A stretch of DNA of 42,615 nucleotides from Thalassobaculaceae bacterium. GTDB taxonomy: Bacteria > Pseudomonadota > Alphaproteobacteria > Thalassobaculales > Thalassobaculaceae. The stretch spans positions 496,001 through 538,615 of the forward strand of contig OZ245843.1 of NCBI GenBank assembly GCA_965228875.1. Direction: 5' to 3'. Below, in pieces: positions 27,560-36,644 of this stretch (positions are counted from its first letter, which is position 1; each line of letters starts with the position of its first letter). A program made the translations under genes and the position numbers. Under the pieces are notes generated by a model. It worked only from the letters and a program-made list of their open reading frames with translations. It was not told the origin of the DNA and did not search any database.

Positions 27560-28090
27560 ATGGTGGGGATGGTCGACCAGATCCTGGATGTGTTCCGGAC
27601 CCGCGGCGCCGAGCCCTATGGCGAGGACGTGTCGGTGGCCGACCATTGCCTGCAATGCGCTGCTCTGGCCGCCCGTGAAGGGGCGGCGGACGCGCTGATC
27701 CTCGCCGCACTCCTGCACGATGTCGGACATCTGGTGGCCGCGCCAGATGACGGGTTCGGCGTCCATCGTCACGACATCGTCGGCGCCGCGTACCTGGCCG
27801 ACAGGTTTCCGATTTCCGTTGTCGACCCCGTCCGCCTCCATGTCGAGGCCAAGCGCTACCGGGTGGCGCTTGATCCGGATTATCGCGCCCGGTTGTCCGC
27901 CGCCTCGACCCACACACTGGCTCACCAGGGCGGACCGATGTCGCCGCGCGAGATGAGGGCCTTCGAGGCCAATCCCCATCACCGCGCCGCGATCCGACTG
28001 AGGGCCTGGGACGATGCCGGGAAGGTCGAGGGGCTGGACGTGCCGCCGCTCGATACCTATAGGAATTTACTATCGGAGTTCGCGGTTTGA
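27560..28090 (+). CDS. phnZ: PhnZ/TmpB-like HD-domain di-iron oxygenase (phosphonate C-P cleavage family)
   Basis: YGE.VS..DHCLQ, LLHDVGH, H..VGA, LHVEAKRY, LS.AS..TL..QGG and LR.WDD.GK motifs. Confidence 0.82.
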   Translation: MVGMVDQILDVFRTRGAEPYGEDVSVADHCLQCAALAAREGAADALILAALLHDVGHLVAAPDDGFGVHRHDIVGAAYLADRFPISVVDPVRLHVEAKRYRVALDPDYRARLSAASTHTLAHQGGPMSPREMRAFEANPHHRAAIRLRAWDDAGKVEGLDVPPLDTYRNLLSEFAV

Positions 28091-28174
28091 ACGCGGTTGA
28101 GGCGCGGGAGCGATTGGCGTAGGGTCTCAGTCGGGAGGATTTCGACAAGAATCTCGATAAGAAGAGGGTACAGG

Positions 28175-28717
28175 ATGTCCTACACGTTCGAACAGTTCTG
28201 CCGCGATGCCCATGACGCTCTGAAGGCCGATCCGGGCTCCGGCGGCCGCGAGAAGATCCGCGTGCAACTCGAGCGTCTGCTGGGCAACAAGGATTTCGTC
28301 GAGCAGACCTGTGGCCCGCAGGCCGAAATCGGAACCCATGAGATCTATCGCGATCCGGAGTTGGATTTCGTCGTGCTGGCCCATGTCAACGACAGCGCGC
28401 GCAAGTCGCCGCCGCACGATCACGGGACTTCCTGGGCGATCTACGGTCAGGCTGCGGAATACACCGATATGAGCGAGTACCGCCGGACCGACGGTGGCGA
28501 GGGCGCCGGCGAGGCGCGGATCGAAAAGGTGAAGGACTACCGGCTGACTCCGGGCCATGCCGGACTATATGACGTCGGGGCGATCCATGCGATCGACTAC
28601 CCGGCGGGAGCGCGGTTCGTCCGCGTGACCGGAACCGATCTCGGCGCGCTCGACCGCCTGAAGTTCGACATGAGCGGCGGCAAGGCCGAGGTCATTCAGA
28701 GCGTTGGAACAAACTGA
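28175..28717 (+). CDS. Cupin-fold (cysteine dioxygenase-like) protein
   Basis: PPHDHG.SWAIYG...IHAI three-His pattern. Confidence 0.7.
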   Translation: MSYTFEQFCRDAHDALKADPGSGGREKIRVQLERLLGNKDFVEQTCGPQAEIGTHEIYRDPELDFVVLAHVNDSARKSPPHDHGTSWAIYGQAAEYTDMSEYRRTDGGEGAGEARIEKVKDYRLTPGHAGLYDVGAIHAIDYPAGARFVRVTGTDLGALDRLKFDMSGGKAEVIQSVGTN

Positions 28718-28727
28718 GGACGGACTG

Positions 28728-29186
28728 GTGGCGGTCGAAGTACCGGTAAAGAGCACGGACGCCGTCGAGACGCGGATCGAGGATCTGTGTGCGAAACGGG
28801 GCCTGCGGATGACGGAGCCGCGTCGGGTGATCGCGCGCGTGCTGTCCGCCTCGGAAGACCACCCCGATGCGGAGGCGCTGTACGATCGGGTGAAGGAGGT
28901 CGATCCGACGATCTCCATGGCGACGATCTATCGCACCATGAAGCTTTTCGAGGAGATGGATATCGTCTCCAAGCGCGATTTCGGCGACGGCCGGGCGCGC
29001 TACGAGCCGCAGTCGGGGCCGGACGACCATCACCACCACATGATCGACGTCGAGTCGGGCGAGGTGCTGGAGTTCTACAATCAGGAACTCGAGGACCTGA
29101 AGAAGCGGATTGCGCGCGACCTCGGATTCGAGTTAGTGGATCATCACCTTGAGTTGTTCGGCGTTCGCCGCAACAAGCAGCATTGA
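28728..29186 (+). CDS. fur: Fur/Mur family metal-dependent repressor
   Basis: GLRMTEPRR, DHPDAE, ISMATIYRT, HHHMID, EF...E.E and DH.LEL motifs; GTG start after GAGGA. Confidence 0.9.
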   Translation: MAVEVPVKSTDAVETRIEDLCAKRGLRMTEPRRVIARVLSASEDHPDAEALYDRVKEVDPTISMATIYRTMKLFEEMDIVSKRDFGDGRARYEPQSGPDDHHHHMIDVESGEVLEFYNQELEDLKKRIARDLGFELVDHHLELFGVRRNKQH

Positions 29187-29199
29187 GCCCGAAGAGATC

Positions 29200-29400
29200 A
29201 TGACGGACGTGCGAGAGATCGTCGCCTGCAGCCCGAGCGCAGAGTGCCACCAGGCCGTCACGCGGACCTACGCGCAGATGCGGGAGAACGGCGTGGACGA
29301 ACGGGTCGCCTTCGAGGCGGCGCAGAAGGTGTATTCCTGGCATCATCCCGAGGTGCCGAAGACCGTCGTGCCCTACGTCATCGCCGACTGGCTTCCTTAA
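29200..29400 (+). CDS. Small hypothetical protein (66 aa)
   Basis: Starts 13 bp after fur, has high GC3 and a Y.WHHPE motif, and is followed by a terminator. Confidence 0.7.
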   Translation: MTDVREIVACSPSAECHQAVTRTYAQMRENGVDERVAFEAAQKVYSWHHPEVPKTVVPYVIADWLP

Positions 29401-29428
29401 CGCCGCTTCTCGTCCAGCGATCGCTTCC

Positions 29429-29452
29429 AAGCCGGCGTCAAGCCGGCTTTTT
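29429..29452 (+). terminator. Intrinsic terminator of the fur unit
   Basis: AAGCCGGC-gtcaa-GCCGGCTT-TTT. Confidence 0.8.
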
Positions 29453-29558
29453 CGTGCCGATCGATGCTCACGATGCACCGCTGAGTTGCGGCAAGCGCGC
29501 TGGTTTCGGCCGGACGCGGGCGCCATCTCTGTCGGGTAACGAAGTGATGGAGTGTCGG

Positions 29559-29747
29559 ATGGCGACCTATCAGAGCTACTACCGCGTCAAGTACCACGAC
29601 GAGTTTCAGGTCCGCTGGTCGGTGGAGCAGCAGACCGCGGCCAACGAGATGGCCGGACGTCCGAGCCGGGCGGTTTCCGGCGTCGTCGGCGCCGTGTACG
29701 GCGGCTCGATCCAGGGCGACGACGCCCAGGCGGATCGCCGCGACTGA
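29559..29747 (+). CDS. Small hypothetical protein (62 aa)
   Basis: GGAG RBS then ATG; MATYQSYYRVKYHDEFQVRWSV with host-like third-position GC. Confidence 0.55.
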   Translation: MATYQSYYRVKYHDEFQVRWSVEQQTAANEMAGRPSRAVSGVVGAVYGGSIQGDDAQADRRD

Positions 29748-29816
29748 CCGGCCGGAGTCATCGTTGGTTCCCGCCCGCCGAACCGGCGGTTGCCGGGTGG
29801 CGGACGGGAACGGACG

Positions 29817-30605
29817 CTACCGTGCGGTCCAGCCGCCATCGACGAGAATGGACGAACCGGTGACGGACCCCGAGGCGGGTGAGATCAGGTAGAGCGTTGC
29901 CGCGGCGACGTCCTCGAGCTGGCCGAGTTCTCCGAGCGCGATCCGCGACAGGGTGTCGGCCTTGAATTTCGGATCCTCGAAGAACGGCCGGGTGAGGGGA
30001 GTCTCGACGAAGGTCGGACACACCGTGTTCACCCGGATGCCGTGGTCGCCGAGGTCCCAGGCCATGGCCTTGGTCAGCCCCTCGACCGCGTGCTTGCCGG
30101 CACAGTAGACGGTCCGGTTCGGGGCGCCGACGTGCCCCATCTGCGACGACATGTTGACGATCGTGCCGCGGATGCCGGCGTCGATCATACCCCTGACCAC
30201 GGCCTGGGCGACGAAGAAGCAGGCCCGCACGTTGACGCCGAACAGCCGATCATAGGTCTCGACCGCGACATCGGTGAAGGGTTCGGGCTGGTTCGAGCCG
30301 GCATTGTTCACCAGGCCGTCGACCGGACCGATCCGCTCGATCGCGCTCCGTGTTCCCTCGATATCCGTCACGTCCTGGACGATCGTCTCGGCCGTTCCGC
30401 CGGCGGCTTCGATCTTCGCACGCACATGGTCGAGCGGTCCGCCGCTGCGGCTCAGCAGGATGACGTGAGCGCCGGCCTCGGCGATCGCCTCGGCGCAGGC
30501 GGCGCCAAGGCCCTTGCCCGCGCCGGTAACGAGGATCCGCTTGCCGTCGAGGCGGAACCGGTGGGCGACCCGGATCGGCCTGTCGTCGCCACCCTGCTCA
30601 GGCAT
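29817..30605 (-). CDS. Short-chain dehydrogenase/reductase
   Basis: [20 protein letters not shown] and YCAGK motifs; start overlaps the stop of the upstream HisD-like gene. Confidence 0.9.
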   Translation of the reverse strand: MPEQGGDDRPIRVAHRFRLDGKRILVTGAGKGLGAACAEAIAEAGAHVILLSRSGGPLDHVRAKIEAAGGTAETIVQDVTDIEGTRSAIERIGPVDGLVNNAGSNQPEPFTDVAVETYDRLFGVNVRACFFVAQAVVRGMIDAGIRGTIVNMSSQMGHVGAPNRTVYCAGKHAVEGLTKAMAWDLGDHGIRVNTVCPTFVETPLTRPFFEDPKFKADTLSRIALGELGQLEDVAAATLYLISPASGSVTGSSILVDGGWTAR

Positions 30606-31884
30606 TCCTGCCCCCGTAGCGGCGCACGCGGATGTCCGCCTGCTCCTTGTGACCGGCGAAACCTTCAAGGGCGCACAGGCGCGAGCAGACCTCGCCGACC
30701 TTGACACTGGCCTCATCGGTCAGCACCCGCTGATAGGTGCAGGTCTTCATGAACTTGCCGACCCAGAGCCCGCCGGTGTAACGCGCCGCCTTGCGGGTCG
30801 GCAGCGTGTGGTTGGTGCCGATGACCTTGTCGCCGTAGGACACGTTGGTCCGGGGACCGAGGAAGAGGGCGCCGTAGTTTGTCATCGTGTTCAGGAAGTA
30901 GTCGTCGTCGACGGTCATGATCTGGACGTGCTCGCTGGCGATGTCGTCGGCGACCGCGGCCATCTCCGCCAGGTCGTCGCAGACGATGACCTGGCCGTAG
31001 TCCTGCCAGGCCTGGCGGGCGACCTCGGCCGTCGGAAGCACGGTGAGCTGACGCTCGACCTCTGCCAGCGTGTCGCGGGCCAGCTTCTCCGAGTTGGTGA
31101 CCAGGATGGCGGGCGAGTTCGGCCCGTGCTCCGCTTGGCCCAGCAGGTCGGCGGCACAGATCTCGCCGTCCACCGTCTCGTCGGCAACGATCAGCGTCTC
31201 GGTCGGTCCGGCGAACAGGTCGATGCCGACCCGGCCGAACAGCTGGCGTTTGGCTTCGGCGACGAAGGCGTTGCCGGGGCCGACGAGCATGTCCACAGGT
31301 GCCACGGTCTCCGTGCCGAGCGCCATGGCGCCAACCGCCTGTATACCCCCGATGCAGTAGATCTCGTCGGCGCCGCCGAGGTGCTGGGCGGCAACGATCG
31401 CCGGGTTCGGTCGACCCTGATACGGCGGGGCGCAGGTGATGATCCGCCCGACGCCGGCAACTTTGGCGGTGACGACGCTCATGTGGGCCGATGCGACCAG
31501 GGGATACTTGCCGCCGGGGACGTAGCAGCCCACGGCGTTCACCGGCAGGTTTTTGTGGCCGAGCACCACTCCCGGCATGGTCTCGACCTCGATATCCTGC
31601 AGCGCCGCCTTCTGGTGCTCGGCGAATCCTCGGATCTGGGTCTGTGCGAAGCGGATGTCGTCAAGATCGGACGGCTCGACCTCGGCGAGGCAGCGATCGA
31701 TGTCCTCCGCGCTCAGGCGGAAACTGTCCGGCGACCAGCTGTCGAACTTGGCCGACAGGTCGCGGACCGCCGCATCGCCACGCGCGGCGATGTCCGCCAG
31801 CGTGGCCTCGACGACGGCGCGCACCCGGGCGTCGTCCTCCTGGCGTTCCTCTTCACTGCGGGCGGTCTTCAGCCAGCGGGCCAT
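30598..31884 (-). CDS. Histidinol dehydrogenase-family enzyme (HpsN/sulfopropanediol dehydrogenase-like paralog)
   Basis: [34 protein letters not shown] and [13 protein letters not shown] motifs; no his genes nearby. Confidence 0.88.
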   Translation of the reverse strand: MARWLKTARSEEERQEDDARVRAVVEATLADIAARGDAAVRDLSAKFDSWSPDSFRLSAEDIDRCLAEVEPSDLDDIRFAQTQIRGFAEHQKAALQDIEVETMPGVVLGHKNLPVNAVGCYVPGGKYPLVASAHMSVVTAKVAGVGRIITCAPPYQGRPNPAIVAAQHLGGADEIYCIGGIQAVGAMALGTETVAPVDMLVGPGNAFVAEAKRQLFGRVGIDLFAGPTETLIVADETVDGEICAADLLGQAEHGPNSPAILVTNSEKLARDTLAEVERQLTVLPTAEVARQAWQDYGQVIVCDDLAEMAAVADDIASEHVQIMTVDDDYFLNTMTNYGALFLGPRTNVSYGDKVIGTNHTLPTRKAARYTGGLWVGKFMKTCTYQRVLTDEASVKVGEVCSRLCALEGFAGHKEQADIRVRRYGGRNA

Positions 31885-31972
31885 GGTCGTCTTCCTCCAG
31901 AAATGTGCTTGTTGTCCGCGCGACGGTGCGCCGGTGGCGCGGCGGTTTCAACCGCGTTTCGGCGTGGAGCGC

Positions 31973-32962
31973 CTATCGCGTGTTGTCCTCTATGGCCTTG
32001 AGGAAGGCGTCCGGGCTGCTCGGTACGTCGCGGGCGCTGTCGTAGACGCTTCCGGGGACCGAGTAACCGGGCGTGGGACCATACTTCGGCTGGGGCGCGG
32101 GTGCCGCTCCTCCCTCTGTCAGGCCTTCGACGATGCCGTCGCCGATGATGTCCAGAATCGTGCCCACGAGATCCTCGCCGCCTCCCGGAGTCGGCGCTCC
32201 ACCCGCACCGCCGGGCTGTCCTGCGACCCGACCGGTGGCTGTCTTGGAACGGCAGTATGCGAAGTACGTGTCCTCGCGGTCGCCGTCGTCGTAGTGCACC
32301 CGGATAGCAGTCCCGTTCCGGGCGGCGATCACGCCGTCGTAGTAGGTGTCGCCCCCCTGCCACTTGCATTGGACCCGTGAGCCCGGGCGCCAGACGTGTC
32401 CGGAGATCCGGTTCGGACGCAGATCGGCGGTGTCTCCATCCTCGAAGGCCACATGATAGACCTCCGAGTTCCATCCTGAGATCCGCGCAGCGTACCACCA
32501 GCCGTTCGACCACTGGGCCAGGACGGGTTGGTTCCTGGCGTATCCGGTGCGTGCGGCGAACGCACCCGCCGTACGCGACCGGCAGTTATGCACACCGGTC
32601 GTTTCGTGGGCACCCCCGCCGTACCCGACCATGACCTGGGCACCGTTGACCATCGCCACCGTCGCTTCCCGGTAACCGCCCGATCCTCCGGGGCGGCACT
32701 GGATCTGCGAGCCGGCCCGCCAGTCGAAGCGGCCGATGCCGTCGGCACGGACCGACAGCCGGTCGCCGTCCTCGAAGACAAGGTCGTACACATCGCCCCG
32801 CACACCGGAAACGCGTGCCGGATACCACCAGCCGTTCGTCCACCTGCCGAGAATCCGCTGGCTGTCGGCGACTGCGACGGTACCGTTCGATACGCTGACG
32901 ATACCTGCCAGGAGGATTGCCGGAAGGATCGCCCAAACAGGCCCAAAGGTGGCGGAGCGCAT
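31973..32962 (-). CDS. Secreted protein with four Tudor/Agenet-like repeats
   Basis: N-terminal signal-like helix; duplicated A-B repeat (W.NGWWY.AR...Y...FEDGD followed by WR.GS..QC...CRS). Confidence 0.75.
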   Translation of the reverse strand: MRSATFGPVWAILPAILLAGIVSVSNGTVAVADSQRILGRWTNGWWYPARVSGVRGDVYDLVFEDGDRLSVRADGIGRFDWRAGSQIQCRPGGSGGYREATVAMVNGAQVMVGYGGGAHETTGVHNCRSRTAGAFAARTGYARNQPVLAQWSNGWWYAARISGWNSEVYHVAFEDGDTADLRPNRISGHVWRPGSRVQCKWQGGDTYYDGVIAARNGTAIRVHYDDGDREDTYFAYCRSKTATGRVAGQPGGAGGAPTPGGGEDLVGTILDIIGDGIVEGLTEGGAAPAPQPKYGPTPGYSVPGSVYDSARDVPSSPDAFLKAIEDNTR

Positions 32963-33070
32963 GCGGTTCCCTCCTGTCTGCACGTCGAGTGGTCTAACCC
33001 GGGTCTCGTGACGGTCGGCTTGGCCCTGTCGTGCGCGCCGTGCCGACGCCTTAGCCGTGTCGACGCGTTA

Positions 33071-34006
33071 TCAGTCCGCCGCGTCTCGTGCCCGCGCGGC
33101 GGATCGGTCGAGCCAGTACGGACGCGGGCCGTAGATCTCGACCAGGTAGTCGACGAAGGCCCGGACCTTCGGCGACAGGTGGCGGTTGGAGGGGTAGACC
33201 GCGTAGATCGGCACATCCTCGCTGACCATGTCGTCGAGCACGGAGACCAGGCGCCCGTCCTGGACGTACTCACCGACGACATGGGCCGCGAGCATGGCCA
33301 GCCCGGCGCCGGAGAGGGCCAGGGCCAGGATCGAGTCGCCGTGGTTGGTGGCGATCAGCCCGCGCGCCCGGACCACCCGTTCCTCGTCGTCGACCACGAA
33401 GTGCCAGTCGTTGATCGGGCTGCCCGGCTGCAGGGTGATGAGCGCATGGTCGGCGAGATCATCCGGCCGCGCCGGTACGCCCCACTTCTCGAGATAGCTT
33501 GGGGCGGCGACCAGCTTGCGGTGGTTCGGGGCGAGTTTGCGCGCGATCAGCGAGCTGTCCTTGAGCTGGGCGATCCGGATCGCGAGATCCATGCCTTCCT
33601 CGACGAGGTCGACCAGCCGGTCGGCCACCAGCAACTGGACCTGCACTTCCGGAAACCGGTCGAGGAAGCCGGGCAGGTGAGGCGCGACGTGGCGGTGGGC
33701 GAAGGTCGAGGGTGCCGTGATCTTCAGCAGCCCGCGGGGCGAGCTGTGGGCCGTGGTAACGGCCGCCTCCGCCTCGTCGACATCGGCCAGGATCCGCTTG
33801 CAGCGCTCATAGTAGGCGGAGCCGACCTCGGTCAGGCTCACCCGACGGGTCGTGCGGTTTAGCAGTCGCACACCCAACCGGTCCTCAAGCGCCGAGAGTT
33901 GCTTGGAGACCACGGAGGGCGACAGGTTCATATGCCGCGCCGCTCCCGCCAGGCTGTTGTTTTCCACAACCGCCACGAAGATCGACATGCCGGTCAGTAC
34001 ATCCAT
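33071..34006 (-). CDS. LysR family regulator (CrgA/DmlR-like)
   Basis: SLAGAAR...S.VSKQ...LE..LGVRLLNRTTR, DLVEEG.DLAIR and KVRAF.D motifs. Confidence 0.95.
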   Translation of the reverse strand: MDVLTGMSIFVAVVENNSLAGAARHMNLSPSVVSKQLSALEDRLGVRLLNRTTRRVSLTEVGSAYYERCKRILADVDEAEAAVTTAHSSPRGLLKITAPSTFAHRHVAPHLPGFLDRFPEVQVQLLVADRLVDLVEEGMDLAIRIAQLKDSSLIARKLAPNHRKLVAAPSYLEKWGVPARPDDLADHALITLQPGSPINDWHFVVDDEERVVRARGLIATNHGDSILALALSGAGLAMLAAHVVGEYVQDGRLVSVLDDMVSEDVPIYAVYPSNRHLSPKVRAFVDYLVEIYGPRPYWLDRSAARARDAAD

Positions 34007-34037
34007 CCCGGAACCGTCCTTGTCCGCGTTTAGAATT

Positions 34038-34058
34038 AATTCATCCGAAGAATGAATT
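34038..34058. promoter_or_regulatory. Candidate LysR binding site
   Basis: AATTCAT-N7-ATGAATT interrupted palindrome in the AT-rich divergent promoter. Confidence 0.6.
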
Positions 34059-34158
34059 CGGTGCCATCTTAATTGATTAAGGAAGTCGAGAAAAGGTTTA
34101 CGTCTCTCTCATCCAACCGCGCCGCCGCACTGGCCGCGGCGCAATCACGGAGGCAGAG

Positions 34159-34431
34159 ATGACCATCATCGATGTGACGACGGCGCAGGAATCCGGGCTC
34201 CGGGACGACCCGACGGCAGCGTGGGAAAGTCGCGATCCGGCGGTCTCGGGACTCTCGCAGAGGGTCGTGGACCGGGCGGTCGCGCGTGGCCGGCGGCTGC
34301 GGTCGCAGGCGATCCTCGAAGCCGGCGCCGGGCTCGGGCGCTGGGTCTTCTCCACCGTCAAGGCGGCCGTCGGCCGGCGCGCCACCAGCAAGCTCGGCTG
34401 CGGCGAGTGCGGGACCATGATGCGGGCCTGA
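34159..34431 (+). CDS. Small hypothetical protein divergent from LysR
   Basis: GGAGG RBS; A.ARGRRLRS.AI motif; C-terminal CGEC. Confidence 0.6.
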   Translation: MTIIDVTTAQESGLRDDPTAAWESRDPAVSGLSQRVVDRAVARGRRLRSQAILEAGAGLGRWVFSTVKAAVGRRATSKLGCGECGTMMRA

Positions 34432-34442
34432 CGCAGCCGCTT

Positions 34443-34523
34443 CTAGGGCGCGATCGCATCTAAGCCATTAAAGACAGAGAGAATCACGATCAGATGTTTC
34501 CATCTGGCCGTGACTCTCTCTAG
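34443..34523. repeat. Intergenic repeat element copy 3 (hairpin B deleted, 81 bp)
   Basis: CTAGGGCGCGATCG...TCTAAGCCATTAAA...CACGATCAGATGTTTCCATCTGGCCGTGA..CTCTAG matches the reverse complement of copy 1; contains two GANTC sites. Confidence 0.78.
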
Positions 34524-34648
34524 CAGACAACCTTCGGCGGCGCGGTTCCCCACGGACCGCGCCGCAAGTGTGTCCGGGACACATTGTCCCTTGTCGCGAC
34601 CGTCCTGCTGCCCGACCCTTCGCCGATCCCGATGCGATCGGAGGTGTC

Positions 34649-35347
34649 ATGGTCGGATCCACCCCGCATCTTCGAAACCTGCACTTTCGAAAAAAGCGTC
34701 CGCCCCGCTGGCGCAGCGCGGAGCGCCTGCGCGTCGATATGCTGGGCCACAACGGCGGACCACCGCTCGACACCGCGTCGAGCTGGAACGGGTTCTGCTG
34801 GCGCAAGGCGGTGAGGCGGGCCCGGGCGACGCCGGCGCGCGAGGTGCTTGCGATCCGCACCCGCCGGGCGGCGGCGCTCGGCCTCGATTGTGCGACCTAT
34901 GCCTCGATCCTCGCCGATTGCGGCGCCACGCCGGCAACGCTGGTGTTCGCCATCACCCGCGACTGGGTACTGCACGATCCGTTCGGACCGTCGGTCACGG
35001 CCGACGGCGCGCTGCGCGTGACCGCGCCGGCCCTCCGTCGACTGACCGCGCTTACCGTTCCGGCGGTCGTCGCAGTGACCCTGACGCCGGCCGGCGGTCC
35101 GACGGGGGAGGCGCTGGCGCGGGCGATCCCGGCGGCCGCCGCAACGGGAGGCTGGCGCCTCGACGGTCATGGCGTGCCGCCGGCGGGCGGACCCGGCGAG
35201 ATCGCGCGTTGGCTCGTCGGTCTTCTGAGCGACGCCGGGCTGTCTGCGCGCACCGCCCTGCTGATCGGGGATCCGGACCACCATACAGAGATCGCCACAC
35301 GGGCGCGGCTCGCCGGCGTGCTGTCGGCGGCGCGCTACTTCCGCTAG
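34649..35347 (+). CDS. Hypothetical protein with a GHNGGP motif
   Basis: GGAGG RBS; GHNGGPPLD...WRKA...RRAAALGL...Y pattern, which I recall from alphaproteobacterial hypothetical proteins. Confidence 0.65.
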   Translation: MVGSTPHLRNLHFRKKRPPRWRSAERLRVDMLGHNGGPPLDTASSWNGFCWRKAVRRARATPAREVLAIRTRRAAALGLDCATYASILADCGATPATLVFAITRDWVLHDPFGPSVTADGALRVTAPALRRLTALTVPAVVAVTLTPAGGPTGEALARAIPAAAATGGWRLDGHGVPPAGGPGEIARWLVGLLSDAGLSARTALLIGDPDHHTEIATRARLAGVLSAARYFR

Positions 35348-35438
35348 ACCACGACCGGTCCGGACCACCGCTCGAGAGCGTGGGCCGCGTTCCAGGCGCA
35401 TACGCTCCGCGCTTCCGTCGGAATCGATCTCGCTCTAG
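35344..35438. repeat. Possible repeat element copy 4 (related ends, different interior, 95 bp)
   Basis: Starts CTAGACCACGACCGGT and ends ATCGATCTCGCTCTAG; both resemble the copy 1 end ACCGATCGCGCTCTAG. Contains a GANTC site. Confidence 0.5.
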
Positions 35439-35470
35439 GGTCCAGCGCTCACCGAACCGAGGACACGCCT

Positions 35471-36616
35471 ATGAAGACCAACCGCCCGCTCGCACCCGAA
35501 ACCCTCGCCGCCCAGGCGCTCGGCTTCATCGATGCCGAGAACGGGGCGGTGGTGCCGCCGATCCACAACGCCACCACCTTCGAACGCCCTCCGGGCGGCG
35601 TGCCGGGGCCGGGCTACAACTACACCCGCAGCGACAACCCGACCTACGCCCAGGTCGAGGCGCTGCTGGCGCGGCTGGAGGGCGGCGCCGAGGCCATGGT
35701 GCTCGCCTCGGGCATGTCGGCGGTGACGGCGCCGTTCCTGGCCCTGGCGCCGGGCGACCACGTGGTGGTGCAGGACGTGCTGTACTGGGGCGTGCGGGCC
35801 TGGCTGAACGACTTCGCGACCCATTGGGGGCTCAGGGTCGACTATGTCGAGGCCGGGGATCTCGACGCGCTGCGGTCCACGGTGCGCAAGGGCGAGACCC
35901 GTCTGGTCTGGGTCGAGACCCCGGCCAACCCGCTGTGGAACGTGGTCGACATCGCCGCCGCCGCCGATATCGCCCATGCCGCCGGCGCCCGGCTGGCGGT
36001 CGACTCGACCGTTGCGACGCCAGTGCTGACCCGGCCGCTTGAGCATGGCGCCGACCTGGTCATGCATTCCGCCACCAAATTCCTGAACGGCCACAGCGAC
36101 GTGTTGGCCGGCGCGCTGATCACCGCGCGGGACGACGACTACTGGCAGCGCATCCGCATGGTCCGCAAGGACCTGGGCATGGTGATCGGGCCGCAGGAGG
36201 CGTGGCTGCTGCTGCGGGGCATGCGCACCCTGCACCTGCGGGTGCGCCGGGCGAGCGAAAACGCGCTCGCGATCGCCGAGGCGATGCGGGACCACCCGAA
36301 GGTGACGCAGGTGCTGTATCCGGGGCTGCCCGATCATCCGGGCCACGCGGTTGCCGTCCGTCAGATGACCGACGGGTTCAGCGGCATGCTGTCGATCCGG
36401 GTCGCGGGCGGCAAGGAGGCCGCGCTGGAGACCATGCGGCGCATGACGGTGTTCACCAGCGCCACGTCGCTCGGCGGCACCGAGAGCCTGGCCGAGCACC
36501 GACGCTCGACCGAAGGCGCCGACTCGCCGGTGCCTGACGACCTGATCCGCCTGGCCGTCGGCATCGAGGCGACCGCGGACCTGATCGACGACCTGACCCA
36601 GGCCCTGGCGTTCTGA
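35471..36616 (+). CDS. Cys/Met metabolism PLP-dependent enzyme (cystathionine gamma-synthase/lyase family)
   Basis: YTRSDNPT, SGMSA, ETPANP, DST, HSATKFLNGHSD (PLP lysine), SLGGTES and R.AVGIE motifs. Confidence 0.92.
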   Translation: MKTNRPLAPETLAAQALGFIDAENGAVVPPIHNATTFERPPGGVPGPGYNYTRSDNPTYAQVEALLARLEGGAEAMVLASGMSAVTAPFLALAPGDHVVVQDVLYWGVRAWLNDFATHWGLRVDYVEAGDLDALRSTVRKGETRLVWVETPANPLWNVVDIAAAADIAHAAGARLAVDSTVATPVLTRPLEHGADLVMHSATKFLNGHSDVLAGALITARDDDYWQRIRMVRKDLGMVIGPQEAWLLLRGMRTLHLRVRRASENALAIAEAMRDHPKVTQVLYPGLPDHPGHAVAVRQMTDGFSGMLSIRVAGGKEAALETMRRMTVFTSATSLGGTESLAEHRRSTEGADSPVPDDLIRLAVGIEATADLIDDLTQALAF

Positions 36617-36644
36617 GCGGCTCCCGCCGGCCGGCGCTGTCGGA

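Noticed and set aside
30598..31884. Housekeeping hisD
   Set aside because: No his operon context, variant motifs and SDR coupling, so no gene symbol was assigned.
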